From a virus: a stretch of DNA of 64,000 nucleotides. Both the position numbers and the translations under genes were made by a program. The DNA is taken from positions 1-64,000 of the IMG/VR virus record IMGVR_UViG_3300044630_006441. One strand, given 5' to 3'. Below, in pieces: positions 9,054 through 20,200 of this stretch (positions within the stretch are counted from its first letter, which is position 1; each line of letters begins with the position of its first letter). Under the pieces are notes generated by a model. The model ran no database searches. It worked only from the letters and a program-made list of their open reading frames with translations, and was not told the origin of the DNA.

Positions 9054-10076
9054 CTACAAGCCAAATCGGCTTTTTATTCTGCTGAACATATAAGCGACTT
9101 GGTTGTCTGTGAACACGCTGTTGTAAAACCCTAGATGGGTTATGTAAGCGTTCGTCAACGGGTAAGAGGCTAACTGGCTCGATCCCGTGGCCCCACCCCT
9201 GGCGATCTGGAGCGTGGAGTGGGTTACGCCTGTCCCGTAAGATTCTGTCCCCTTCTTGACCCCGTCGATGTAGACCGTCTGGGTCTTGGTCGAAAATTTG
9301 TAGGTCAGAGTGAACATATGCCAGCCATTGCGGATGCTGGCCGTCGTGGCCCAGTCCAAGCCGCCTCCAGCCCCGTTGTTCGTCCAAGACCGGATGTTCG
9401 ACCCCGATCCGCCTGTGCCAATAGCAAATCCATTCCAGCTAGTATCCCAGGTTGAAAGAATGCCCTGATTACCGGCATTATTGCTGATGTAATACATCCA
9501 GAAGTTCACGCTGAAGTCAGCGTTGTTGGTCAGACCGCAGTTGCCGTAGGCATAGGAGGCGGTGCCGTCAAAGATGAAATAGCCATCGTTGGAGTCGGAA
9601 TAGGTGGGGTTGCTGACGAAAGTGGCGTCATTCCCGCTGTAGCTCAGGTCATTCCAGGTTCCGCTGTTGGGGCCAAAGTTGGTGGCGTACTGATCCAGAA
9701 AAAGAGTCGCCCCCACGCAGTTGAACACATCGGTATTCTGGAAAGTCTGCCCCGTCACATAGGTGCCGTCGATTGCAGACTGTATGGTGTTGTCAGCGAT
9801 GGTGACCGTGATGATATCGCCGGGAGAAATGGTCACCCCACTCAGGGTGAAGACCACGGCCTCATCGTTGTAGACGGGGTCGGCTGTAGCTAGTGTTAGG
9901 GACGCATTGACCGGGGCTGCCGTCGTCGATGTGGTCGTGGTCGGGGTTAGGGTCGTGGTGGTGGTTGTGGTCGGCGTTGTGGTGGTAGTCGTAGTCGAAG
10001 TAGTAGTCGTAGTAGTAAAACCACCAGTCGTAGTCGACGTAGTCGTTGTGGTCGTTGGAAACGGCGTACCGGACAT
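9054..10076 (-). CDS. LamG/concanavalin-A-like domain protein with Thr-rich N-terminus
   Basis: Poly-Thr stretch followed by FIFDG...FSVNFW...WHMFTLTY...VYIDG. Confidence 0.75.
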   Translation of the reverse strand: MSGTPFPTTTTTTSTTTGGFTTTTTTSTTTTTTTPTTTTTTTLTPTTTTSTTAAPVNASLTLATADPVYNDEAVVFTLSGVTISPGDIITVTIADNTIQSAIDGTYVTGQTFQNTDVFNCVGATLFLDQYATNFGPNSGTWNDLSYSGNDATFVSNPTYSDSNDGYFIFDGTASYAYGNCGLTNNADFSVNFWMYYISNNAGNQGILSTWDTSWNGFAIGTGGSGSNIRSWTNNGAGGGLDWATTASIRNGWHMFTLTYKFSTKTQTVYIDGVKKGTESYGTGVTHSTLQIARGGATGSSQLASYPLTNAYITHLGFYNSVFTDNQVAYMFSRIKSRFGL

Positions 10077-10085
10077 GGTGACCTC

Positions 10086-10352
10086 TTAAACTTTCGTCAC
10101 CGTCACCGTTATGCCTGAAGTTGTGGGCACAATGGGTGAAGTGAAGGGAATCACCACAGTCGTGGCAGACTTGACAACAGGTTTGGGTGGGGTCCTGGGG
10201 GGCGGGGCTGGCGGATTTGTCGTGCTTCTCTTGATCACGCCACTTGAGGTTCCACCAGGATAGACCGTCGGCGGTGTTCCCGACCCCTGGCCAGGACAAC
10301 CACCGACACCACCCCTCGGCCTTCTCTTACATCGACGAGAAATACCAGCCAT
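10086..10352 (-). CDS. Small basic Pro/Thr-rich hypothetical protein
   Basis: ATG overlaps the stop of the upstream fibre gene. Confidence 0.45.
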   Translation of the reverse strand: MAGISRRCKRRPRGGVGGCPGQGSGTPPTVYPGGTSSGVIKRSTTNPPAPPPRTPPKPVVKSATTVVIPFTSPIVPTTSGITVTVTKV

Positions 10353-13300
10353 TATGCGACCCTCCAGCATGGGTTATTCTGACCAGCAACAAGACCACCG
10401 TCGGTCCCGTCGTAAATCAACTCTGCGTAGTCTCGCGGAGCGAGTATGATATCGACAGCTTGCACACAGCAGAACCGATTAGCGACTGCGGAGCTGGTGC
10501 TGTTGTGCTTCAGAGTGAGGTTGGCCGTTCCGACATTGTAAATACGCATCATTCGGCCATCGATATGGCTACCGCTCGGGGGTGCAACCCCAGTCAGGTT
10601 GCAGGCTGTCGTACAGTTCAACCTTTGGAAAGCCGAACCGTTTAGAACTAGGTCGTTGGTTGCCGTAGAAATGTTGGTGGTGTTGCTCTTATAGGCGAGC
10701 GAACCACCTCCAGTAGACCCGTTGGTTACCGTGAGAATTCCGACATTGTCGCGTCGTAAGCCAACATCGCCGTACCAAGCAATATGGCCGTCTTGGCGCA
10801 TCCAAATGTAATTGATGTTGTCTGTGGAAGTGCCGTTGCTGGAACCTAAATAGGTTGAGGTTCCGTTGGTGGCCCTCATCATTGCGCCAGAGATCAAGAA
10901 ATTTCCAATAGTTGCAGCACCACACCACAATGCCTTGCTTGGCAGATAGACATTGTGGTTAATTTGAATGTTGGTCGAAGAATCGGCTATGCCCGTTAAA
11001 GAAAAGACTACTTGAGTAGAAGATACAGCCACGGACATGTACTGGCCGGTGTTGGAGGGATTAACGAATCGAATCGACCCGTCTCCTCCGGAGGTCGCCT
11101 GTGCGCCAGGCTGCAAAATGATGGAGCCACCAGCGCCGGAAGTGACACCGCTGCCAGCAGTAATTGAAATAGAGTTTCCGGCACCAGTGCCGCCGACAGG
11201 TGGAAGGGCAGTTAGGCTGTTGGGAACATACGACTGAATACCAGATAAGCCTGTGAGTCCTGTTGAAGTACCCGTACCTGAATAAAGCGTAGGCTTGGTT
11301 GGCCCGTGGTAGCGAATAATAAGAGAAACTTGATGAGTTGATGTGCCTTTTGTGCGACGAAGCCTGAAACGTCCATCGTAAGCGCCAGGAGAGCGAATAA
11401 CTTCAAGCTCAAAATCAGAAGCCGAAGGACTATAAGGACTTTGGAAAAAGGGCTGAATAGTCCCCTGCATTGTCGAGAAAGTAGCAGCAAATTTGTAAAC
11501 CTTAATCAGATGTTGATAAGCAGGCTGGCGACCAACCGCAACAATTTCAAAGTAGTCACAATCTTCTGGGGCCTGACAAATTTCAACAAAATCTCCGACA
11601 ACATTTGGCAAAGTCCTAAGGGCATAGATTTGCCGGAAGCCAGTCTGATCAAATTGATTTGAAGAAATGAAACCGTTTGTGGTAAAATCACCGTCAGGAT
11701 CGATATTCGCAAGGACGCTTCCAGCTGAATTCTGCCACTCCTGCAAATTTGCCGACTGCGAGGCTGCGCCTTTTACAATGAGACCCTTGGTGGCAGCCGC
11801 AGCCGTATCGACCTGTAGTTTCGCTCCGGCAGAAGTACTGCCGATTGCAACCCATCCGCTGTTGGGCTGAAGAGCTAGGTTTAGGCCACCAATAGAATTT
11901 TCATATGCCTGGATAAAGGCGTAATTGCCGGTATGAACGCCAGCGGTCAGGCGGAATCGGTCGTTGGTGCTGGCCCGCTTGATCATCAGCTGGCCGGTCA
12001 GTTGACTGGAGGCGTCGGAGGTGATGTCAAGACCCGGCGACGTAGAGACGGGGGAGGTGCCGCCAATGCAGACGGCTCCGCCGTTGGCTTGCAGGATGAC
12101 ATTGCCGAAGTTGGAGCCGTAGGCTCCGGCGAAGCCGGTCCCACCTTGAATGAACACCCGTCCGCCGGTCTTCCCGGCGGTGTTATCTGACTTCCCGCCC
12201 AGCAACATAATGTCGCGACCAGCACCGGCATTCTGATCAGCCGGAGTCTGACCACCCGCTCCCGTAGGCATCAAGACAACACGACCCGTGTAATACTCGC
12301 CAAACTGGACAATGTTCGTGGTGCCTGTGGCGTAAGTGGCCGTTCCACCGTTGCCGCCATCGGTAAATATCGCAGTAATGCGAGCGTGGGTTTGAGTATC
12401 TGGCTCGTAGGTTGGCCAAGCCGCAATTGCTGTAGACACAGCTGTTGTAGCTCTAGTCACATGAAGAGGTGCGGCCGGACCCGAAGGGTAATAAGTAACA
12501 TTGGGCACACCGATAGCGAGATCGCCGGTCGGGTCAACATAAACCAGGTTGGTGCCCGAATTATTCTGGACTTCAAGGATGTTTGCCGTCGGCGAAGCCG
12601 CCGCCTTTACGACAAGCCCTTTTGTGCTTGCCGATGTCGGCGCAATTACAACTTGGCCTGCGGCTGCGCTGGTCTGGCCAAATGACATGCCATCAAGCAC
12701 ATAGTTATTTGATCCGCCACCGCCCGAGTAGGCGTAAAGCCTACAACGAACAGTACCACTATGAGAAAGATCAAGAATACCGAATTCATTGCCGCCTGTT
12801 GTCCCAGTATTAGACTGGCTGCTGCCAGTTCCTAAGACTGCAACAAGCTGAGAAGAATTGATAGTGCCATCTGGAGACTTGTAAATATTTATTGTTGAAT
12901 CTGCGCCGTTAGCAGCAACCGTAAGCTTTTTGTTGGGAGCAGTTGTACCAATTCCAAAATACCCACCGCTGCTAAGGTAAAGAGAGTTGTCGGGGGCGTT
13001 AAGATTGTAACGGAATTTGTAACCAGTAGTTCCTTGATTTGAAGCTAAAATACCATCTGTCGCATCATTTATAAAATAAGCGTATGCTGCACCAACTTGA
13101 ATAGTTAAGGCGATTGAACCTGTGGCGTTGTATAGGTGAAGTTTGCTATTGGGGCTGGCAGTACCAATACCAACATTTGTACCATTGTCGTAGATAATGC
13201 TGTTGCCAGCCGTAGTGCTACCCGTGAACTTCACGATGTAGTTGGTAGTTCCCGACCCGGCCAGTCCGGTGGCGGTTGACCAGGAAAGGGTTCCACTCCC

Positions 13301-14536
13301 GTTAGTCGTCAGCACCTGACCGTTGGTCCCATCGGCTGTAGGCATGTTATACGGGTACATTTCCCCGTGAACCCGCCACTTCGTCGATGTACCGTCGTAG
13401 GTGCATTGGACGATGCGGTTGGGGCCGAGAACGATGTCGCCGCCGTTTTCGTTGATAAACTGATTGCCAGCTACGCTGGATTGACTGTGTTTGAGCGTGA
13501 TATTAAAGGAACCGACATTGTGGAGCCAGATTACGCGCCCGTCAACGTGAGAAGCCGTGGCTGGTGGAGCAATACCAGTCAGGGTGTAAGCAGCAGAAGC
13601 CGACAAGCGTTGAATAGCAGAACTATTTAAAACAAGGTCATTCGTGTTAGCAGCGAGAGTTGTCGGGGTAGCAGCTGGATAAGCTATTGAGCCGCCAGAT
13701 GAATCCGCATTGTCATAAAGCTGCAAAATACCGGCTGGATTGTTGCCGGGAATTCTAAGGATTGCTCCGCTTTGACCATTAAGATTGATCATCCGAGTAG
13801 CAAACCAACTATTCACATAATTGGAAGCAGATCCTGGCCTAATCCAAACATCTCCAGTTCCAGACCTCAACTGTACCGCAGTTCCTTCGGAATACACAGA
13901 AGCCAAATTATCAATATCGCCAGCGGTTAATTTAAGTCTTTGACTGGTAAAATCACTGCGTCGAAGAAACAAACCTGGATTTGTTCCTACAGGAACATCA
14001 AAATAAATATTTCCAGATGTATCCTTATTCGCAAAATAAGTATGGGTGCCGTCATGATAAATTTGTAGTTCGTCAGTACCAGCGGTGCCGCCAGGTTGCC
14101 TAACAACAACCACCCCATTTCCACCTGTCGTCGCCTGTTGGCCAGGCTGCAAAATAATGCTGCCGCCCGCCCCGCTCGTCAAGCCGTCAGCGGCACGAAT
14201 AGTGACGCTGTTGCCTGACCCGGCCACCGTCCTTGGCACACCATATAGGGTATTGCTGTATGTGGTCCCCCCCAAAGGTGCCAGCCTCACCAATCCCGAC
14301 GCATCAACATCAATCATCGGCACGCCCGAGACATCGTTGACGGAGAAGATCGTGCCGGAGGTGAGGTTGGGGGTGATGCTGAACAACTGCCCCGCCGTCC
14401 CCTCAAAGGACAGGGTGGAGTCGTCTAGGACTTTCAGGGTGATCGTCGACGCAGAAGCGCCCTTGCCTGTGAAGTCAATCTTGCCCTGGGTAGTCGAGCT
14501 ATTCTTGTTGGGCGTAATCAGGATATCTTGTGGCAT
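10352..14536 (-). CDS. Large fibre/adhesin protein (1394 aa)
   Basis: G/S/T-rich; GNVGIGT-type repeats; modules shared with 17274-21614. Confidence 0.75.
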   Translation of the reverse strand: MPQDILITPNKNSSTTQGKIDFTGKGASASTITLKVLDDSTLSFEGTAGQLFSITPNLTSGTIFSVNDVSGVPMIDVDASGLVRLAPLGGTTYSNTLYGVPRTVAGSGNSVTIRAADGLTSGAGGSIILQPGQQATTGGNGVVVVRQPGGTAGTDELQIYHDGTHTYFANKDTSGNIYFDVPVGTNPGLFLRRSDFTSQRLKLTAGDIDNLASVYSEGTAVQLRSGTGDVWIRPGSASNYVNSWFATRMINLNGQSGAILRIPGNNPAGILQLYDNADSSGGSIAYPAATPTTLAANTNDLVLNSSAIQRLSASAAYTLTGIAPPATASHVDGRVIWLHNVGSFNITLKHSQSSVAGNQFINENGGDIVLGPNRIVQCTYDGTSTKWRVHGEMYPYNMPTADGTNGQVLTTNGSGTLSWSTATGLAGSGTTNYIVKFTGSTTAGNSIIYDNGTNVGIGTASPNSKLHLYNATGSIALTIQVGAAYAYFINDATDGILASNQGTTGYKFRYNLNAPDNSLYLSSGGYFGIGTTAPNKKLTVAANGADSTINIYKSPDGTINSSQLVAVLGTGSSQSNTGTTGGNEFGILDLSHSGTVRCRLYAYSGGGGSNNYVLDGMSFGQTSAAAGQVVIAPTSASTKGLVVKAAASPTANILEVQNNSGTNLVYVDPTGDLAIGVPNVTYYPSGPAAPLHVTRATTAVSTAIAAWPTYEPDTQTHARITAIFTDGGNGGTATYATGTTNIVQFGEYYTGRVVLMPTGAGGQTPADQNAGAGRDIMLLGGKSDNTAGKTGGRVFIQGGTGFAGAYGSNFGNVILQANGGAVCIGGTSPVSTSPGLDITSDASSQLTGQLMIKRASTNDRFRLTAGVHTGNYAFIQAYENSIGGLNLALQPNSGWVAIGSTSAGAKLQVDTAAAATKGLIVKGAASQSANLQEWQNSAGSVLANIDPDGDFTTNGFISSNQFDQTGFRQIYALRTLPNVVGDFVEICQAPEDCDYFEIVAVGRQPAYQHLIKVYKFAATFSTMQGTIQPFFQSPYSPSASDFELEVIRSPGAYDGRFRLRRTKGTSTHQVSLIIRYHGPTKPTLYSGTGTSTGLTGLSGIQSYVPNSLTALPPVGGTGAGNSISITAGSGVTSGAGGSIILQPGAQATSGGDGSIRFVNPSNTGQYMSVAVSSTQVVFSLTGIADSSTNIQINHNVYLPSKALWCGAATIGNFLISGAMMRATNGTSTYLGSSNGTSTDNINYIWMRQDGHIAWYGDVGLRRDNVGILTVTNGSTGGGSLAYKSNTTNISTATNDLVLNGSAFQRLNCTTACNLTGVAPPSGSHIDGRMMRIYNVGTANLTLKHNSTSSAVANRFCCVQAVDIILAPRDYAELIYDGTDGGLVAGQNNPCWRVA

Positions 14537-14556
14537 GGCTTTATCTCCTACCTATC

Positions 14557-15222
14557 TTACAGGCTATAGCGGTTCCTATGGGCGTGTAAATGCTTGCGAA
14601 TCGTGTCGGGAGTCAGGGCGAAGTTATATACCTTGATTTGGTAAATGTGGCCGTTGAAAGGTTCAGCCCCACCGTTGACGTCTGCGCCAACTCGCCAGTT
14701 AATGTTGGAAACGACGGAGGCCGTGTTGGGGCCGCCGTTGGTGACATACTGGACACCATCAAAATAGGAATTAAAATAGCCACTGCTATCTCTTGTTACC
14801 AAAATATGGTGAGTCCCGTTGATTATTGAGTAGTTGGACGTTGTGATGTAGCCCGTCGAGGCGTTGAGCCAGATGCCCCCGCCAAACAACCAAATACTGT
14901 TACTGTTATAGCCAGGCCCGTAATTGTTGATGATGGTTCCCGTGCCCGCAGCGTTGTAATAGAAGGCTTCAAAGGTGAAAGGGCCGGAGCCAGCAAATAC
15001 ATTGTTGACGGCGAAATCGCCGTAGGCGTTGGAGCCGTTAAAGACAATCCCACCGCCCTTAGTCGAAGTAAACGAGCAGTTGGCATTGAGGGTGACGTTC
15101 CGACCGTTGCCGCTCAGGTCGTACCAGATCGAACCGCTGCCGGGGTAAGAGCGTTTATTGCCCGCATCCAACGACAACAGCAGACCCGTTCCCGTGTTGT
15201 TCGGCCCACCATGAACACTCAT
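14557..15222 (-). CDS. LamG-like domain protein
   Basis: LDAGNKRSYPGSGSIWYDLSGNG...FNGHIYQIKVYNFALT. Confidence 0.8.
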   Translation of the reverse strand: MSVHGGPNNTGTGLLLSLDAGNKRSYPGSGSIWYDLSGNGRNVTLNANCSFTSTKGGGIVFNGSNAYGDFAVNNVFAGSGPFTFEAFYYNAAGTGTIINNYGPGYNSNSIWLFGGGIWLNASTGYITTSNYSIINGTHHILVTRDSSGYFNSYFDGVQYVTNGGPNTASVVSNINWRVGADVNGGAEPFNGHIYQIKVYNFALTPDTIRKHLHAHRNRYSL

Positions 15223-16592
15223 AGGCCGAACCTCCCGCGTAGGGCATTGAAGTTTTGCAGCAACTCCGCTTGCGTCAAAACCCGGTTGTAAATAAGCCCC
15301 TGGGCAATATTCCCATTAAGGATTTGAGACGCCCCGTTAGTCCCGGCCCCCAAAGTCACCGGAATAGCATGAGAAGAATGTGCTACTGAGGCGGTCTTAA
15401 CCAAGACACCATCTAAATACACATTGGCATTGTTTGTGGCGCCTACATTTGTGGTCGTAAAGGTCATAGCCACATTATGCCAAGCATTATCGCCAATAGT
15501 TTTACCTGTTCCTTGCGCGCCATAAGTTGTCCAGCTATATGTAATCAGCTGGTTGTCCAACACAAACAAAGCCCAAGCATTTTGTTTTAAAATTATTCCC
15601 CTATAGCTGGTATTTCCAGAAGAAGACGCTTTAACCCAGGCAGAAATTGTTCCTTGGTAAATTTGTAAATTTGCAGCATTTCCACAATCGACATATGTGT
15701 TGCTGCCATTAAAGGTCAAGCTACCGCCATTAGCCGAAGAAAAACTGGGGCTGTTAACCAAAGTTCCGTTGTTGGAATTGCCACTCAAGTCAGTAAAAGT
15801 AGATCCACTACCGGCATAGCTTGCTGGATTGCCTGCGTCCAAACTAAGAACCAGTCCGCTAGTGACTAGTGGCGAGGAATAAAAGGCATCAAACCTACCT
15901 CTGCCTGCTGCGTAATTCTTTGCGATGGTTTCAGCAGTAACAGCAGAGTGCTGAATAATCAGATTGGAAAGATAACCATTAAACAACAAAGAAGAATAAT
16001 CATATGAATATTTAGCTATCATCAAATTTTGAGTTGAAACACCTATAGTTGCAGTATATGTGTTTTGGCCAATTAATACATTATTTAAATAAACTTTAAG
16101 ATTGTTTGTGCCAGATCCGCTTCTAGTTATACATACATGATGCCAAGTGTTTATGGCCAGAGACTGAACATTAACGACATTATCGTCTAAAGCCAGTACG
16201 CCTGGACTTCCAGAAATCCCACTAAAAAGTTGAAATCCTCTAGTTGTACCAAATTCCACCCAAAAACCAAGATTTGCTCCAGTATTATTGGCTGAGCTTA
16301 TCACATTTTGATAAGTATTGTAGGTTTTAAAATTAACCCAAAAAGAAATAGTGAAGTCGCCAGTAAAGACTGGGGCGTAACTGCTAGTTGCGTGGTCGTC
16401 CACGCCGTCAAAATACATACTGCCAAGGTAGCCGTAACTTTCATAAGGACCGTTTACCAATGTAAAGTTTCTACCGTTGTCACTTAGATCAGACCAAGTG
16501 GTGCCAGAACCTGCGTAGCTTCTGGGATTAGCTGCATCCAAGTAAAGCTGGAGGTTGCTTAAATCAATGCTGGGCGAATGTCCAAGTCCCAT
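15219..16592 (-). CDS. Tandem two-LamG-domain protein
   Basis: Two LDAxNPxSYxGSG...DLS units, each followed by a LamG-like body. Confidence 0.8.
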   Translation of the reverse strand: MGLGHSPSIDLSNLQLYLDAANPRSYAGSGTTWSDLSDNGRNFTLVNGPYESYGYLGSMYFDGVDDHATSSYAPVFTGDFTISFWVNFKTYNTYQNVISSANNTGANLGFWVEFGTTRGFQLFSGISGSPGVLALDDNVVNVQSLAINTWHHVCITRSGSGTNNLKVYLNNVLIGQNTYTATIGVSTQNLMIAKYSYDYSSLLFNGYLSNLIIQHSAVTAETIAKNYAAGRGRFDAFYSSPLVTSGLVLSLDAGNPASYAGSGSTFTDLSGNSNNGTLVNSPSFSSANGGSLTFNGSNTYVDCGNAANLQIYQGTISAWVKASSSGNTSYRGIILKQNAWALFVLDNQLITYSWTTYGAQGTGKTIGDNAWHNVAMTFTTTNVGATNNANVYLDGVLVKTASVAHSSHAIPVTLGAGTNGASQILNGNIAQGLIYNRVLTQAELLQNFNALRGRFGL

Positions 16593-17290
16593 TAGAGTCC
16601 AAACCTCCCACGCACAGCATTGTAATTTTTCAATATTTCATCGTCACTCAAGGCGCGGTTATACATACGCACGATGGCGATTCGCCCTGAAAAATACCGA
16701 GGTATCCAACTGGCACCACCAAGGATGATGGGATTGGCCGTGTTGGGAATAGTGGCTGGCATGTTGCCGCCGATGGAGCTGGCGCCCTTGTAAACACCGT
16801 TGGTATAAAGCTTCATGGTTGTGCTGGGGAGGGTCTGAAGAACGACCTGATTCCAAGCGTTCATGGTCGCCGCCCCGGCAATATCACCGTAGCGATCTGC
16901 GGCAGGAGATGACCAATCAAAATAAACGCTTCCGGTTGCGCTAACATAAAGCCTTGGGTTGTCTGGCGTTGCCCCGGAATCCGAGGTGCCACGACTGAAA
17001 AACTCCCCGACCCCAGTCGGATAAAACCAGATTTCGTGCGTGCATCCAGTCGGGGTATCCAGCGAGGCCGAATACGGTATGGAAACATAAGTCGAGGACG
17101 CACTCGTAAAAGTCAGATAGCCGCCGTTCCCAGCGTTGTAGGATGGGCTGTTGGTGAGCGTGCCATTGTTGCCCTGTCCGCTGATGTCGTTGATGGTGGT
17201 GCCCGACCCAGGGTAAGAACGGGGATTGCCTGCGTCAACGCACAGAATCAGCCCAGAGTTTGTTATCGAGGGATTATAAGCTGTTCCCAT
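16592..17290 (-). CDS. LamG-like domain protein
   Basis: VDAGNPRSYPGSG...IAIVRMYNRALS; start at MGTAYNP. Confidence 0.8.
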   Translation of the reverse strand: MGTAYNPSITNSGLILCVDAGNPRSYPGSGTTINDISGQGNNGTLTNSPSYNAGNGGYLTFTSASSTYVSIPYSASLDTPTGCTHEIWFYPTGVGEFFSRGTSDSGATPDNPRLYVSATGSVYFDWSSPAADRYGDIAGAATMNAWNQVVLQTLPSTTMKLYTNGVYKGASSIGGNMPATIPNTANPIILGGASWIPRYFSGRIAIVRMYNRALSDDEILKNYNAVRGRFGL

Positions 17291-20200
17291 CGATTTCCAC
17301 CTCCAGCTTAGCGATGTCCTTGCGTGTGCCGTACACGATGAAATCACAACAAATCTCACGGTCGGACTCGACGGTCACCTTCTCTGCGTTGGCGTCGACA
17401 ACAAACAGGTTGGGCTGGGGGCGCTTGCGCGGGGTCAAGTTAACTGTGATGCTCTCGGGATCGACCAGGTCTTTCCAATAGTCCGGTAGGACTATCTCGT
17501 TGTCACCCGTCAGGGTGCCTCTAAAGTAGACGCCATTCTCTGGACCTTCCAATGAGGCATAGCGCAGCTTCTTGCCTTCGGCGGCCTTGGCAGGGGTGGG
17601 GTGATCGATCAAGAAGCTCTTGCTGACAGCGAAGAAGTTGCCGTTGGCATCCATGTAAGCAAGTGCTGTTCCAGAATTATTGCGCCATTCTTGTAAATTT
17701 CCAGTTTGAGTTGAGGCCCCAGCAACGACCAAACCAATTTTATTAGCTGCTGGAACATTAACTTGAAGGGTGGAGTCCGCTGTGACGAGAGTCCCAGCTC
17801 CAACAGATATCGCTGGCCCAGAACCATTAAAAGAAATAATGCCAGCCGTGGATCTTTGAATATTCCAAGCTCTCAAATACATGTCTTGAACAGCGATAGT
17901 ATTTGCAGCTTCAACTGTACCATTATCGTAAATTTTCATTACGACGCTGGAACCACTCGCAAACCAAAAACCTGGATTTCCTGCAATAGGGTTCCACTTT
18001 ATTACTGGACTCGTAGAAGAACCGTTATTGAAATAAAGATCGGGGGTAGAGACTGTGCCACCACCAGAGCTGGTGACAATCCTGCCGTTGTTGTCGATAT
18101 AAGTAAGAACCGCACTACTGCTGTTTTGCCATTCTTGAAGATTAGCCGTCTGAGAAGCAGACCCTCTGACGATGAGACCTTTGCGGGCAGCACCCGTGCC
18201 ACCAGTTGTATCAGGTCCAGTTGTAACTAGGAGCTTAGGGCCATTTGTTTGATCGCCACCAGCATTGCCCAGCACAACATTGCCGCCAGGCGTAATCATT
18301 AGTCTGGTCGTTCCATCCCAGACATAATCGACGATTCGGAAATATCCGTTGCTTGAATCGTGGCCAGTAGCCCAGCGCGTGGTGGTGTTGGTTGAATAAT
18401 AAGTGTATGCGCTGGTCGTTGTTGCAACCGTTAGGTTGCCACCGGAATCAATATTTGTCAGTACTGTGCCAGCACTGTTTTGAACTTCTAGCAGATTAGC
18501 TGTCTGCGAAGCAGCGGCTTTGAGTAGCAGGCCCTTGGTGCCGGTAGCACCAGTATCGACCTGGAGTCTCGCCCCTGGCGAGACATTACCAATACCCACA
18601 TTGCCCGCAGACGAAAAATAAGCCGTAGTAACCGAGTTGCCAGAACCTGTGTTGATATGGAAGTTCGTGTTGTTGGTTTTAAGAACAACATCACCAGCAA
18701 TTGTCTGACTGCCATAATTAGCGTTTGCGCCAGCGTAACCTAAAACTACCTTGTTGGTTCCAGCCGCATAGACCCCGATGCCGCCGTATCCAGAAGTGAC
18801 ATTGGCGACGATGTTTGCGTCAACACTAGCAGCATCAACTTGAAGTTTGAAGCTGGGCGAAGTCGTACCGATTCCCACATTACCAGATGAATCAATCCTC
18901 ATCCTTTCGGTGTTGTTGGTATAGAAGGTCATACCAATGGGGGTGGAAGTTCCCCCTTGATTTAGTCTAAGCTCACCTGTTCCAGAGGTATTGTTTATTT
19001 CAAATACATAACGATCATTACCGCTCGTGGACTTAAAGCCCATCGTGCAGTATTCACCGTCACCGGAACCGCGCTGGAACCCTATTTTGCCAGCGGCTGC
19101 ACCGATTGAAAGGTTGTTGGACGGCGAAGCCGTCCCGATACCAACATAACCCGTTGTATCAATCGTCAATTTTTGGGTTAAGCCGCCACCCGAATCTCTA
19201 GTGATAATTTGGAACTTACCCTGTGGCACACCAAGAGTAGTGTGGGTGAGATTGTTAAAACCAATAGCCCCGACGCCATAAAGGGTTGAGTTGGTAGTAG
19301 CTGTCGCAAAACTAACAGCAATTCCATTTCCAGCCGTTGTGTTGCTATTGTTTACCGACAGACCAATCGTTGCGTTGGCTCCCGACTCCAAATTTGAAGC
19401 CGAATTGGTAATAGCACGAATAGGCTCGTAAGTATTTGCGCCAACAACATCAAGGCGGCCAAGCGGGTTTGTGGTGCCGATGCCAACATCTACGCCATCG
19501 TCATAGACGATGCTGTTACCGAGCGTCTGCTGGCTCGTGAACTTCGGCAGGTAGCCGGAGGTGCCGGAGATGCCGAAGGGTTGGCCGATGGGGCCGAACT
19601 GAACCGAGTTCAAAGAACTCGACAAAGTATGGAAAGAAGAATCAAGATAAAGTGGATTGCCAACTGATCTTGCTACTGTTCGCTGTAGTACGCCATCTTT
19701 CCAATAACGAACATTTGTACCATCATAAGTAATCGACAACACGGTAGAGGTCGTGTAACTACCATAAGTTGCAATCTGGGCATTGTTTTCCCAAATCGCC
19801 AAAACTCCACCTTGCTGAACATACCACGCATAATCTAAAGAGCTATAAACAGCATCTGTTGTCGGGTCACTATTAAGCCCGAACATAATATAACCAGTCG
19901 TTTGCGAGGCTTGCGCCGAGCAATAAACATTTTTAATATAGCCTTCTGATGAATATACTTGAGCATTCCAATCGGTAGTACCACTACTTTTAGTGTAAGT
20001 TCCGGCGCTCGGGGAAGTAACACCCCCAGTCATATTCGGCGTCCAGTAATTATTGCCAAATATTTGAGTAGCCGAATCAACCGTTCCGTAAGAAGTGTAT
20101 GAGGAACCAAAAAAAGCCCCAGTCGGGCTGACGGAGGCCACGACGGCACCCGTGCTGTCTTGCCACTCGGTGAGGTTTGCGCTTTGCGAGGCTGCGCCCT

